Notes under the pieces: generated by a model
Seen by the model: only the letters and a program-made list of their open reading frames with translations
What the model was told of the DNA's origin: nothing
The model's database searches: none
Assembly: GCA_002269645.1 (NCBI GenBank)
Contig: NIVC01002504.1
Coordinates: 62,001-126,000 of the forward strand
DNA: 64,000 nucleotides
From: Macrostomum lignano
Lineage: Eukaryota
Reading direction: 5' to 3'
Translations under genes and position numbers: made by a program
Shown: in pieces, positions 35,253-48,090 of the stretch
Layout: the number at the start of each line of letters is the position of its first letter
Numbering within the stretch: position 1 is the stretch's first letter

Positions 35253-37627
35253 TGTGACATTGTGGCGATATGCTAGTGTATTTTTATTATTGCAATATTA
35301 TGCTTTGTGCATTCTTAGTTAGTTAGTATTTGCGTGCGCGCTGATTGGCTAATGTGTTTCAGTGCATGTGCACTGCGTTGGGTTGTTTGCATTTTACGCG
35401 TGGCTAGCATGGTGGGGTCTGAGCAGTCAGGCTAACCACCCTCTTTAGTCCTAGGGTTGATGAATATGAATAAACAAGTCATATAAGAGCACAGTTGTGT
35501 GTACTGGCTCTCCACGTTTAACTTTCCTACGCATTCACTACAAGCCTTTAGCTTCAATCTATTACAATGGCGACAAGCTCCGCGCTAGGTGGAATTCCAA
35601 TACTAACTGCCAATACTAACATTGAGGTCTGACTGGAATGGCTCGACCATTACTTTACCTGCAAGGAGGTAAAGGAAGAAGCTAAAGTGGCCACACTCGT
35701 CACTGCCATCGGTGAGGAGGCATATACCGTATTGAGAAACCTGTGTCTACCTGCCAAGGTCTCCAACAAGTCTCTGGCCCAGCTGACCAAGATTCTGGAG
35801 GACCACTACGCTCCAAAGCCGTCCGAGTTGGCAGCCAGATTTCGGTTCCAAAGACGCCTGCAGCAGCCTGGCGAGAGCCTTGCCGAGTTCGTTGCCAGCC
35901 TGGGGTCAAGTCACTGCCAATTTCATGAGGTCTGACTGGAGCTCGCGGCACTCTAGATGAGCTGCCTCGTCACCCATGGTGAGGAGGCCTATACCGTATT
36001 GATGCTACCGCCAAGCTGCCAAGGCCCACCTTCAGACGCTACGGAAAGCTCCGAAGGCAGCCAGATTTCGGTTCCAATGCCAGAGCAGCCTGGCGAGAGC
36101 CTTGCCAGTGTTGCCAGCCAAGGCCTTGCGCAAGTCACTGCAATTTCAGTGCGCCGTGTGAGTCGGCGGCACTCAATGAGCGACTGCAGACGCCTGCAGC
36201 GATGCCAAGCGCCAGCAGGAGCCCAGAAGCAGCGTGAGAGCGGGGCAGCAAGGTCGCATGCGCAGAAGAAGCGGAGCACCAGCTGCGCACTCCGAATAAG
36301 CGCCAAGGACCGTGCAGCAGCTGCGCAAGGGGGTCCACGCAGCAGCAAGTCAGGCTGCCATGCCGGCAGCATCGCTACGCTCGCCGTCACTGCGCAGTGC
36401 CATTCATGCTTCTGCATCTCCGTCACCACCGTGCTGTCCGCGCCTGCCGATTCAGCCGACGCGTCCGCCGGCCAGCCGGTTCGTTCAGCTCCGGTCACTC
36501 TGATGCCCGAGTTTCTGCAGCTCATGCTTCTACCGCGGCTCTCCATGTCACCGTCCGTTGCTGTCCTACGCACCTTCACCGACGAGCAGTTCCGCCCTCT
36601 CGGCCAAGCGTTGGTCTCCGTTCAGCAAGATGGTCAGCAGCTGCAGCTGCCCCTGCTGATCGTCAAGCACGGCGACACGGCCCTGCTCGGTCGCGACTGG
36701 CTGGCCAAGCTGCGGCTAGACTGGCCGAGCATCATGGCGCAGGTTCACGCCGTCCACGACTCCGAAGACATCGGCAGCATCGTTAAGGAGTTCGCACCAG
36801 TCTTCGAGGACGGCCTAGGCGAGTTCCGGCACGGCCAGGTGCGGCTTCAAGTCTCCGAGGACGCTCAGCCCAGGTTCTTCAAGGCGCGGCCGGTCCCCTA
36901 CGTCCTCACGTCCTCCTCCGCGACTACAGCGCCGGCGCGAGAGCCGGCGACACGCCACGCTGGGCTGAGGGTGTCGTCACGGGCGCCGGCAGCCGCAACT
37001 ACACGGTTGACTCGGAGCGAGGCCAGCACTTCCGGCACGCTGATCAGCTGGTGGCAGCCCGCGCTGACTCCGCCGACATCGTCCATCCGCCGCCTGCTAC
37101 GGATGACGGCGCCGCCCCGAGTGACAGCGGCGTGCAAAGCGCTGACGCCGCAGCCGTCGCCGACACGGCCTGTGGGGCGTCATCCGGCACTGACGACGAG
37201 CATGCGAGCGGCGTGCGACACGAGCCGGGCACTACTCGGCGGTACCCACTGAGGGTTCGAGGCCCACCTCAGAGACTTCAGCTGTGAAGGGGAGAACTGA
37301 CTCAGGGGGGAAGTGTGACATTGTGGCGATATGCTAGTGTATTTTTATTATTGCAATATTATGCTTTGTGCATTCTTAGTTAGTTAGTATTTGCGTGCGC
37401 GCTGATTGGCTAGTGTGTTTCAGTGCATGTGCACTGCGTCGGGTTGTTTGCGTTTTACGCGTGGCTAGCATGGTGGGGTCTGAGCAGTCAGGCTAACCAC
37501 CCTCTTTAGTCCTAGGGTTGATGAATATGAATAAACAAGTCATATAAGAGCACAGTTGTGTGTACTGGCTCTCCACGTTTAACTTTCCTACGCATTCACT
37601 ACAAGCCTTTAGCTTCAATCTATTACA
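35253..37627 (+). mobile_element. Internally deleted, non-autonomous Mag-like Gypsy element
   Basis: 314-bp LTRs 35253..35566 and 37314..37627 (TG...CA, about 3 differences); PBS-like TGGCGACAAG; PPT AGGGGGGAAG; internal gag, protease (LLGRDWL) and RT-start (FFKARPVPY) fragments, then the 3' tail. No TSD found. Confidence 0.93.
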
Positions 37628-38204
37628 TGTTTAATTACTTAAGAACTTATTAATATTTCGTTATTATTATTGCGGTTAGTTATTATAGCTACGCGAGATG
37701 AGCGAGACAGGAGCAGAACGAAAATGAGGAGAAGGGAGCAGGAGGAGAAGAAGTATAAAAAATGACTCCGAAGTTAACGCATATATAACAAATTGGCATG
37801 GAGGATCCCAGGGGTAGGACAGAGGATGGGACAAGGGAAGGGACAACGATGGGAAACGAGGAAACCCGGCCGCTGGAAACATTAAAACAACAGGGGCCAA
37901 GGGAGGGAACAGAAAAGGGAACAGACGAGGGAGCAAAGGCGGGAACAACCGGGGGAACAAACCAGGGAACAAAATTAAAACATGACGTCAATTCGTCATC
38001 CTAAGGAATTGGGCGGTATGTCCCGCCGTTGTTCGCGCTGGAGGCCTGCCGTCGTTCACCCCAGTGGTAGACCGGCCTACCACAGTATGAAGGCATTGTC
38101 TAGTATCCAAGCTGCTAATTCTTTTGTACCCACATACCATAGTCTAGATCACATTGAGTGCATGTTGAAATGTTCTAAACCAATGCATGCCAGATTGCCA
38201 GTGC

Positions 38205-38297
38205 CAACTGCCAAGTAGATACACGCCAGTGCCAAGTAGATGCACACTAGTGCCAAGTAGATACACACCAGTGCCAAGTAGATGCACACTAGTGCCA
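38205..38297 (+). repeat. 21-bp array GTGCCAAGTAGAT(A/G)CACAC(C/T)A; resumes in the same orientation at 48381..48478
   Basis: 4-5 copies at each site. Confidence 0.9.
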
Positions 38298-39149
38298 GCC
38301 ATAGTCTGGATCATGTTGGCTACACGCCAGAATAAAAATTGTTTGCACACCAAGGATGCAGAGTTTTTTCAAATTGCACGCCAGTGCATGCCAATGTTGC
38401 ACATCAGGTAGCGCCGATGAAGGGGCAGCGTGATAGAGAATATAGTTGATTGTTGACTACTTTGCTGACGTTGTATTGCGCAGCTCTTGGTTTAGAAAAA
38501 AATGGCGTCGGATGCCCTCGGATGCTGGCGTCACTGTTTCCAGAATAATAGGTTTTGGCAGCCTCGTCTAAAAATTTCTTGCAGGCCTGGCTGCCTATAG
38601 AGGGGATCATCCACTTCAGCTTAGAGCAAAGCTGAAGAGTACTGTTGGATTGTCCCCTGCTGCTGCTGCGATCGCATTGTCAAATAAAAGGACTTGACAA
38701 TGGCTTCTGAAAAAAGTAAGTTGTCACTTAATGTTTTTTTGGTTTGCCATGTTTAATGGTTAAACTATGGTTTGGGATTTTAGAAGCAATAAAATAAATA
38801 CCAGAGCCACCGCAATGAAGTGCTAAGTCCAGCAGCGCATAGGCCTTCTTCCCAGCCCACTGAAAAACGAGCGGATTCACGTAAAACCTGGCAGATCTTG
38901 GTTGTGACTTTTGACACTATGTAACACTTGTTTACAGTGCCAGTTTTGACACTTCTTCGACAATACTTTTGTCCAGCCTGTGACACTTCATTTTGACACT
39001 GGAAATAGAAAAGGAAGAAATGCGAGTGTTACGAGACACTCAATGACAGTTGTCAAATGACAGTAAAGCTGGTAACACTAAAATATGACACTAGTACTTA
39101 CACTCAACTGTGACAGTAGATTGACAGTCCCTAGACAGTGGTGAGTGAC

Positions 39150-39670
39150 ACTGAAGGACACTCAGTTTTACACTGCTTTGACACTGCCTTGACACTCACT
39201 GCCTTGACACTCCTCCGACACTGCCCGACACTACCTGGACACTCCTCCGACACTGCCCTGACACTGCCCGGACACTCCACCGACACTGCCTGACACTACC
39301 CGACACTACCTGGACACTCCTCCAAAACTGTCCTGACACTGCCCTGACACTACTTGGACACTCCTCCGACACTGTCCTGACACTGCCCAGACACTCCTCC
39401 AACACTGCCCTGACACTACCCGACACTACCTGGACACTCCTCCGATACTGCCCTGACACTGCCCTGACACTACCTGGATACTCCTCCGACACTGTCCTGA
39501 CACTGCCCTGACACTACCTGGACATTCCTCCGACACTGCCCTGACACTACCTGGACATTCCTCCGACACTGCCCTGACACTACCTGGACACTCCTCCAAC
39601 ACTACCCTTACACTGCCCTGACACAGCTCTGATACTGGCCAAGTGTGATCTGACAGTTCTCGGACACTGC
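39150..39670. repeat. GACACT-based degenerate tandem array (possible subterminal repeats)
   Basis: GACACTGCCCTGACACTACCTGGACACTCCTCC variants repeated. Confidence 0.88.
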
Positions 39671-40292
39671 TCTCGATATAGAATATAGGAAATGAATACC
39701 AGCAAACACTGCAGGAGAAGAGTTCGATCCAAAAGAAGTTGTAAAGTTGTATTAGATATCAGAGATCAAGAGCGCCAATCAGAGAAAACCAAGCTTATCA
39801 GCCAATATGTTGGAGAACACCAAGCGTATGCACCAAACAGAGAACACCAAGCTTATCAGCTTGTTTTGACAATTCTTGCCAAAGAATTTCAGTTTTTCTT
39901 ATTAGAACAAAAATAGGAAAATAGTTCTACACTGTTTAAATTCCTAAGCAGCAAATGGCAAGCAACGATAGGGAAAATTGGAATACCCGAATTGGACATG
40001 CAAAAGAATTGGCAATATCCGCCAAACAGAGAATACCAAGCTTATCAGCTTGTTTTGAAAATTCTTGCACAGAGAATTTATTTTCCTAATTAGAACAAAA
40101 ATAGGAAAATAGAAAATTGTAATGCCCGAACTGGACATGAAAAAGAATCGGCGATATGAACATGTGAAGTAGCCCCTTCGTAGAGGTGTGGGCATTAAAA
40201 AAACACCTTTCAGTTTGGACTAATGAAGAAATTACTAGTGACTAATTAAAATGCATATTAATTGTTTTAAATAGTAAATTATTAGACATGTT

Positions 40293-40815
40293 CATTGGCG
40301 GGCTGTTTGATTGGGCGGGCATTGTCACCAATCTCGCTAATCTCGCTCCCGACAGTGGTGGTGCCGGAGCCGCTTGCAGCATTGGCAGGCTGCACAATCG
40401 GGCGGGCATTGTCACCAATCTCGCTAATCTTGCTCCCAACAGTGGCGGTGCTGGAGCCGCTCGCAGCATTGGCGGGCTGCACGATCGGGCGGGCATTGTC
40501 ACCAATCTCACTAATCTCGCTCCCGACAGTGGCGGTGCTGGAGCTGCTTGCAGCATTGGCAGGCTGCACGATTGGGCGGGCATCGTCACCAATCTCGCTA
40601 ATCTCGCTCCCAACAGTGGCAGTGCTAAAGCCGCTTGCAGCATTGGCGGGCTGCACGATTGGGCGGGCATCGTCACCAATCTCGTTAATCTCGCTCCCAA
40701 CGGTGGCGGTGCCAGAGCTGCTCGCAGCATTGGCGGGCTGCATGATCGGGCGGGCATCGTCACCAATCTTGCTCCCAACGGTGGCGGTATCAAAGCCGTT
40801 CGCAGCATTGGCGAC
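40293..40815. repeat. 87-bp tandem repeat, about 6 copies, open in four frames
   Basis: Period measured 40311->40398; the minus frame gives the 29-aa unit IGDDARPIVQPANAASxxxTATVGSEISE. Confidence 0.95.
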
Positions 40816-40879
40816 ATTGGTCTTCACATGCTGCCATTCCCACTATCCAGCTGCTTGCAAACTGCGGCGGCCATGTGCC

Positions 40880-42160
40880 AAAATACCTGCGGCAGCTGCT
40901 TGGCGCAAATGGAATGCAGGCCCAATGAATTTATATTCCTCGATAGCAGCCCGCTTGGTCGCATCCGCTGTGGGCCTATTCATGCCATTTTTTATAACCC
41001 AGCCTGTGAAACTGCATGTCCAAGTTCTTCGGTGGAATATACAGCGCGAAGCAGGCTCTAAAGAGCCTTGTCGAGAACCACCACATCCGCTTCCTTTCCC
41101 TTTTTAGTTAGGTAGTTGCGGAATTCCTGTTTGATAACAGATAACGCAGTCGCCCAAACTTGAACGCTTTCCGTCAGATGTGTGTGCTCGTCATCAGCAC
41201 GCGGTCCAACATCGGCCTCGGTGCCAGCTTCCTTAGCCACCGCGCTGTCCGATGGGTTGCTGGGCTTCAGCGGGTCCGACGTACTGTTCAGCACTACAAG
41301 GTCTATTGCGATGTCTTCGTATTGCCGCGGCTCTGTCCCCACGTTAATAGCTCCTGAGTTGCAGGGATCGACTGGGTTGTTAATGTTCGCAGACTTTAAC
41401 CCGGCCAACACGTTGCCGCTGTCCTTGCAAGTGCGCAGTCCAGCGCTCACTGCGGTCGCCACGTCTGCGAATGCATCCTGCAGTACGCGATGTTCCGCCT
41501 TAAGTATGCCTAAGTGGGTGCTGTACGTGCGGAGCACTGACTCTGCAGCCTTCTGGTCGGCTTCATTAGCGGACCGTTGTTTGGCTAGTGTAGCCTTTAT
41601 TTTCTCCAGTTCATTTTTACTTTCTTCTAGCTCAGCTTTGTAGCTGGCAGCTATTGCCTGCTGTGACTTCCGCTCTTCATCTGCAAGCTGCAGTACGCGC
41701 TCCAATTCGGAACGCAGGGTCGCCGCTTCCTGCTGCAGGGTGGCGCAGCGAGTGCAGGTATTCGCCACTCGAATGATTGGCTCCGCTGGCGCACTGACGC
41801 AGCACTTAATGGCTCTCTCACCCTCCTTTTTTTCGGTATACGGCCCCTTGAACAGTGTGCCTTCGTGCAGCGAGGCCTTAGCTGCATTTTTTGCGACGCG
41901 CACAAGGACATGGGCACCTAGTATGAGCAGCTCGCTCTCGGGATGCGTGTCCGGATCCGCTTCCGCCGCAGCAGATTCGGGTTTAACACTTAGCTGCGTG
42001 CGATTCACGAGGCTGACCTCTTTTTTGCCTGTCGCCCAGCAGACGACCCACCACTCGTCCAAATCCTGTTGGGGAACCGTCGTCCGTTGAGTGGTCGACG
42101 AGCAATTTTTCTCTGCAGCTTTTCTCTTTGTGGTGGCATTCAATTTCTTGGGGGCGCCAT
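40880..42160 (-). pseudogene. Transposon accessory protein: N-terminal Trp-containing beta domain, coiled coil, C-terminal BEN-like domain (disrupted by a stop and a frameshift)
   Basis: The 371-aa ORF continues past TAG (41058..41060) as SLLRAVYSTEELG, then with one frameshift CSFTGWVIKNGMNRPTADATKRAAIEEY, matching the BEN pattern LLxxLFxxEELxxxSxTG...LDxxKxxAI. Likely ATG at 42160 in an AAAAATGG context. Confidence 0.65.
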
Positions 42161-43495
42161 TTTTTGTCTGCAAATGGAAGGGAAACGTTGCTTCTGAAAC
42201 GTCCGACTGCTCCGAACATAACGCTAAATTTTTTTTAAATAATAAACTGATGCAACAATGAACAACACTTTTGAAACAATACGAAACAACACAACATTTG
42301 TTTTAATGAAAAAGGCACTTTCCGTAATTCGTTTACTCACATAATAGTAGGCTTAATGAACATTAAGTATAAGATAAACTACCATAGACGACCAATTCCC
42401 CACTTCAAAAGAGCCCAATAAACGACAATTATTGTTGTAGTCAGATTTTAAATAACGGCGATTGTACGTGCTGTAGGGTTGTTTCCTGTTGACTGAAATC
42501 CCACCACTTAGCTATCAATTTGTTGTAGGAGGGGTCGGGGGCTATTGGGAATTTTCGGGGTTTTCTTAGAATTCGGGGGGGGAACTGCGCAATTTATATT
42601 ACTAACAGGAGTAAGCCATAGGTTGCTCCTGGTGGCGTAATGTGTCCGAGTGGCAAGACACAGTTTTTCTATTCAGTCCGGGGGATATAAATGGGGAAAT
42701 TTAAGGGCTTCGCAGTGGACTTGAGTTGCCTGAGGAAATTAGCGCACTGGGGAACTCTAATATTCAGCAGGGAATGCCTGGCATCAGGGGGTATTCAGAT
42801 GGGGAATTAAGAAGGCAATATGCTTGATCCGGGAATGAAGGAAGGCTAGAATTTTAGCCTTAGTAAGGAGGCAATATGCCTGATGTGGGAAGTGGATAGA
42901 TAACTTAGGCAATAGGCCTAGTGGGATAATTAGGCAGTATGCCTGATGTGGGAGTTAGAGCCAGGGCAAACAGGGAGCCTGGTTGGGGAGTTGGCTGATC
43001 GCCGGATCAAACTGAGGGGTCTGGGAGTAGGGAGAGGCTGTACGCCTATTCGGCTTGGGATGAAAAGGGGGTTTGCAATTCGCCAGAAAGGGAAGGGGTT
43101 GTACGCTCTCTCGAGAGGAGTATAGGGGTAGAGGGGTGACTGTTTGCCTTTAAAGAACTGAGTCTGACTCAATAGCTATTTTTAGAACAAGGCGGCACTA
43201 AGGCCTAATAGCTAGAAGGCGGTAAGTCAGATCGCCAGGACGCAGGCAAGTAGGCAAGTTGGTCCTCTATCCATATATTTAGCTTCTTTATATAGCAAAA
43301 ATAATAAAAATGGCGGACAATTATAAACAAATATTACGTCTCGAAATGGTTAGAAGATTGTAAGTTAGCAAAATAGGAACTTATTAGCGCAAATATATAT
43401 ATATATTTCAGTATCATACCATTATTAGAACTATTTTATGAATATTTCAAACGTTAAAAACGAGCTATAGAAGGAACAGGCAGAAAAAATAAACT

Positions 43496-46204
43496 TTAAT
43501 GAGGCACGCAGAACATACTAAACAAATCAACTGTCTCATACGACTCCTTCACTATGTATACTCCTTCACTAGTGTCTAATTTCACAGACGGAGGCTCTAA
43601 CGAATGAGACAAACAGAAGTCCCTTAGAATTAGGAGAATTGGGTGTGTGGCATAAAGTTTCGCTGTCGCAGCATGCAACAAGAACACAAGGCGCAGACAC
43701 TTCGGTGACATCACTGGCAATGTCGTCAAAAGGGTTGACAGACAGTCTGCGAACGTGACTGTATACACAACCGTTGTGAAATTCATTGGTTGACAGCAGG
43801 AAGTAAGGGTGATCGACATCGGTTCTTTCCTCAACAGGTAGTCGAACAACGGAGAGGATGACATCATCCGTCAGGGCCTCGTGGCGTATGGATTGAAGGC
43901 GCGCAAAGATGAAGTCGCGTCTGCTGTCACCGTTCCAGAGCACTAGGAAGCACGACACAGTCTTCTTCAGTTGCAGTCTGGGGTGCCAGATTTTAAGCTG
44001 TAAACCTGTTGGCAGCACCAGACTGTTTAAACGCCCATTCTGTCATCTGCCACCTCTGTATAGGCGGATTCGGAGACGGTGGTATGCGACGGGTTGTCTC
44101 GAACGACAAACCGAGATGTCACACCCAGCTGTGATTGGACACGCCTGCAGATCAGTTGTGTGTTTGTGATTTCAGCCAACTCGGCGGAAATTCGTTTCGA
44201 ACCATGAATACGGCGACGAAGTGTCAGGTGATGCGATTCGTAGATGCCGGCTGACAAGCAGAATATAGGACCGAATAGCACCGCCATGCTGGGAAAATGT
44301 TCGCACACTTGATGCGCATTGTACGACATAAAATTGGTGGAGTATAGAATGCTGAGCAAACGATAAAAGTAACGTAGTGTTCCGTCGGCACGCAGAACTT
44401 GCACTTGAGACGCTCCGTCCATGCAAAGCCAAAAGATAGACATGGACAGAAGCAGGAAGTGGTTGTAGTAGTCTGCGGGTAGGAATTGCTCGAGAATCAT
44501 TAGACCGTAGACGAGCAGAAATGCTTCCGCCTCGTGACCCCTCATGTGCCCGACCTCGCGGAGAGATCGCCAGCACCACTGCATGGATGCTCGCACGTGA
44601 ATGCGAGACTTCGCTGTGTCAATGACAGCTACACGTCTGCTTAAATCGGGGTTGTTTGCGTTTCTGTCGCCCTTCTTCGCTAGTGGCATGAATAGCTGTT
44701 GCATCAGCGATCGGACTAGCCCACAATTTAGCTGGTGGAGATAGCAAGGTGGGCAGTCCTGCATGTAATCGAATCCGATTATTTGCGACATCGGGGAGAC
44801 CCCCGGGGAGTTCGCTCCGTACAGCCTGCTTCCTGTGCCGCTAGAAGGGCTTGTGCGGAAACGGCACATGGAAAGATCCGCGCGTTTCCAGGGCGATTGA
44901 CGTCGTGCTCAGTCAGTGTAGCATGTTCCACAGCCGTGTATTGCGTTAAATCACTTGATAAACATGGCGTCTGCTCGCTGCGGGGCATTCAAAATGAACA
45001 GCAAAGTGTGCAGCCGGACACATCCCGCTTCGTCGCCGTTCACGCCGCCATCATAGGTGTGATGGATGCCATCAGTCCGAAGAGCATTTAGCTCCTGCAC
45101 GAGCCATGGCATGAAGGCTTGGCAATGCAGCTTCCTCTTGGAAGCCCAAAAGCCACAGAGAACTACGTAGCGACTTTTCTTCGCGTCATGTACTTCGTTA
45201 ATCGTCAAATACACTGGGGAGCAATCGTAAACACTATGACAGAATACTGGGAACGCATCCAGATTCGTGCTTACAGACAAGTCGCGCCGAAGCTGCAAAT
45301 CGATGGACCTCTTAAATGCAGTATAGCGGATTGAAGAGCCCATGTGCAAGTATTCCATGCTGGATGGCTGATCAGCGGGGAAAATAACATTCTGCATTAG
45401 GTGGTCGCGCTCTATGAATTGTCGGATCTGACCCTGTATGTCCAGGCGCCAGAATTGTACTACCTCGGGTCCACCTGGCAATTGTTCACGACAGCAGGAG
45501 ATGCAATAACGAATGCCACCGGCGGCATTAATAAAGTTGCCAAGTACCTTGGCTGTTGTAGGGCAGGCCGAGCCTTCAGGCAAGATGTCAATTGAGTAAT
45601 GCAGCAAGTCGTCTGTGCCAATTTTCGTTGACGCGCGCTTTTCTGCGTACATTTGCGCTAACGTTGCTATGGAACCGTACGTGTGCTTCGACCCTGGGAA
45701 AACGGGATCGTTTAAACGGGCCAGATTAGGATCGCCGCCGCCTCCACCAACGTCGCCTCCGCCGCCTCCACCACCGTCGCCTCTGCCGCCTCCACCACCG
45801 TCGCCTCCGCCGCCTCCACCACCGTCGCCTCTGCTGCCTCCACCACCGTTGCCTCCGCCGCCTCCACCACCGTCGCCTCCGCCACCGCCTCCACCGTCGT
45901 CGCTGTCGACGCTGCCCGAACTGTCACCGGCGTCGGAACTGTCACCGGCGTCGGAACTGTCGCCGCTGGCCGGCCGGTCGTAGTCTCTGGAAGCCCTGGC
46001 GGTGCCCTTAGATGCATCGCCTTCGAAGACGCTGAATTTGCCTTCATGGGCCATACTGGCGTCCTGGCCGTCGACTCTCGAGCTCCTTGCACTAACGCCG
46101 CTGGGGTGCGTTCGCTTCGCCATATGTCTGGCAAGCTTTTTTGCGTGCGAGTTTATACAGCGTCTGAATCGGCGACGCGCCTCATCGTCTTCGTCAGATT
46201 GCAT
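43496..46204 (-). pseudogene. CACTA/EnSpm Tnp2-type transposase, disrupted
   Basis: NLDAFPVF..SPVYLTINE (NTDG..WP..LxINE), LNAPQRA..FNAIHGCGTC (DxPARA..QFNGxxGCxxC), CYLH (C/DxxH), LPADYYNHFLLL, SYNAHQ..GP..SAGIYES; stop at 44951 and frameshifts. Confidence 0.88.
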
Positions 46205-47124
46205 GTGTTTCGTGCTAAAAGTGTGTAAACAAAAAGATTTTATATTTACAAAAAGTGGTGTAGCCATAGTCAAATTGCTGTCTCGTCTATGGCCACATCT
46301 CAAGGCCTACAGTTTCCCCTCGATGGCATTCCGTTCAAGTCCCCCGCTCCTAACACTGGTTCTTTCTTAAGCCAAGAATGACTACTTGACGTTGACGAAT
46401 AAATCTTCATAAGTGCACTTCCATTCTACACCACATTTGCTGTTACAACAAAAAGCTAGGTGGGTCCAACCCTTAATATTTTAGCAGCGAAAATTGAAAG
46501 AAATGTACATTAACATTCATTCATTATGCGTACATCAAGACTATTTACACCACACAGGTGCCAATGTAGTTATATTTTAGTTACTGTTTTTAACAGTCGC
46601 ACGTGCACGTACATGGAACTGGAACAGGTGCATGATCGAAAAACTACAAAGGAAAAAGACACTGCAGCTACGGCTACATGCGCTAGACAGCAAATCCCGA
46701 CAAATCTCGGCAACATAATAAAACTGGAGCAGCTTACGATGCACACAGCCGGACAAAGAGGAGAACTGGCAAAGAAAGCCCAACCCCATATCAACGCCGA
46801 CGTTGCTGTCCAACGCAGCACACACACCGATACTAGTATGCATAAAGCAAAGCGCCATTAATTAAATAAAAAAAAATTGTCCAAAATTAAATCCCACACT
46901 GGGATGAGAGTCTGAATCTTAGAGAAAATGGAGAAAAGGGGTAAGATCCTATTTCAGCATTTCAGGAATTGAAATTCGAACTGATCGAAACTGAGATTTA
47001 CTCAGGCTTGGAAGCCTCCGCCTTCTCGCAACGTAAATCTCGCAACGGCCGCTTGCGGCGTCGTAGAGGCCGCATGGCTTCTATCATTCATGATCTCGTA
47101 TCATCACGATCATCAGATCATTCA

Positions 47125-48090
47125 TCACGAAATGATCTCGCCCTTGACATCAGGCTTCAGCCAACCCTGCCAACCCTCGCCATTTAAAATCGTCTTGTGA
47201 ATGGCGCTCACGTAGGAAAATACGTAAACACGTGACAGTCTCTTGTTCAGTTCTTGCAGATGGTTGAACTGTGATGCCATGTCTACAAGCTTAATGGATG
47301 CAATTGAAGAAGTCAGCTCTTCAACTTTCACCTGGAGCTTGTGCAGATCGGCTGTCAGCATGGTGATGATGTTGGTAGCATCAAGAATCGAGCAGTCCTC
47401 GTGGGCTTCGCTCAGACAGCGCTCGATACGGGACACAAGGCTCTGGTGCAGCGCGCGGGCCAGCTGGCACATGTCCGCTTCGATGTCCTGTTCAGTACGA
47501 TAGTGAATTTACAAGTGAAGTTTAGAGTACAGAACATCGATTTGATCTGACAGACATGAATATCTTTTAAGTCGAGTGAATACAAATGAAAGCTATATGG
47601 AATTTTAGCAAAGGCTACTACGGTATGCAAACCTTCTGTTCGCGAAGCTGCCAGTTGACTTCACCACTAAGGCGACGTCGATTGTCCCGTTTCTCCCAAG
47701 CCTTGCAATCTGGTGCAGTCACGACGAGCCAACCCTCCAGGAGCTTCACGCTGTCATACTCGCCACCGGGTTGAATTGACTTGGCGCACTTTTCGTAGCG
47801 AGGATAGTCCGATCTGTGATTTATTTTGTAGTTTCGAAATTAAAATTTTACCTACCTTAAATTACTTGAGATAGGGCACAAACTTAATTACCGACCCAGA
47901 CTCACCTGCGAAAGCACTCACTGCGGACACAAAGAAAGTCGGCGACAGACTTCCACAGCATGGTCACCTTCCAATGTGGTAGCTGGCTGTCCTGGACGAC
48001 CATCATAAACTCTCTGACAGGCGCCAGCAGGTCCAGCAGGCAAAGCATGTCTGCCACAAAGTTGCTGCCAAACAGTTCATTTTGCGAGGT
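47125..48090 (-). pseudogene. Spliced fragment of a probable hAT-related (ZNF862-like) transposase; exons ~48090..47906, 47813..47633, 47487..~47200
   Basis: Phase-consistent GT-AG introns join FVADMLCLLDLLAPVREFMMVVQ, KLLEGWLVV..WQLREQK and DIEADMCQLARALHQSLVSR. The family call is from remembered resemblance only. Confidence 0.45.

Noticed and set aside
38064-38103. Hairpin GTGGTAG-ACCGGC-CTACCAC plus CTAG as a Helitron 3' end
   Set aside because: The 16-nt spacing is atypical, it does not resemble the two ends at 20.1/21.2 kb, and no 5' end was identified; left unresolved.
41058-41060. Programmed readthrough of TAG here or of TGA at 61577
   Set aside because: Both genes carry additional frameshifts; mutation or sequencing error is simpler.
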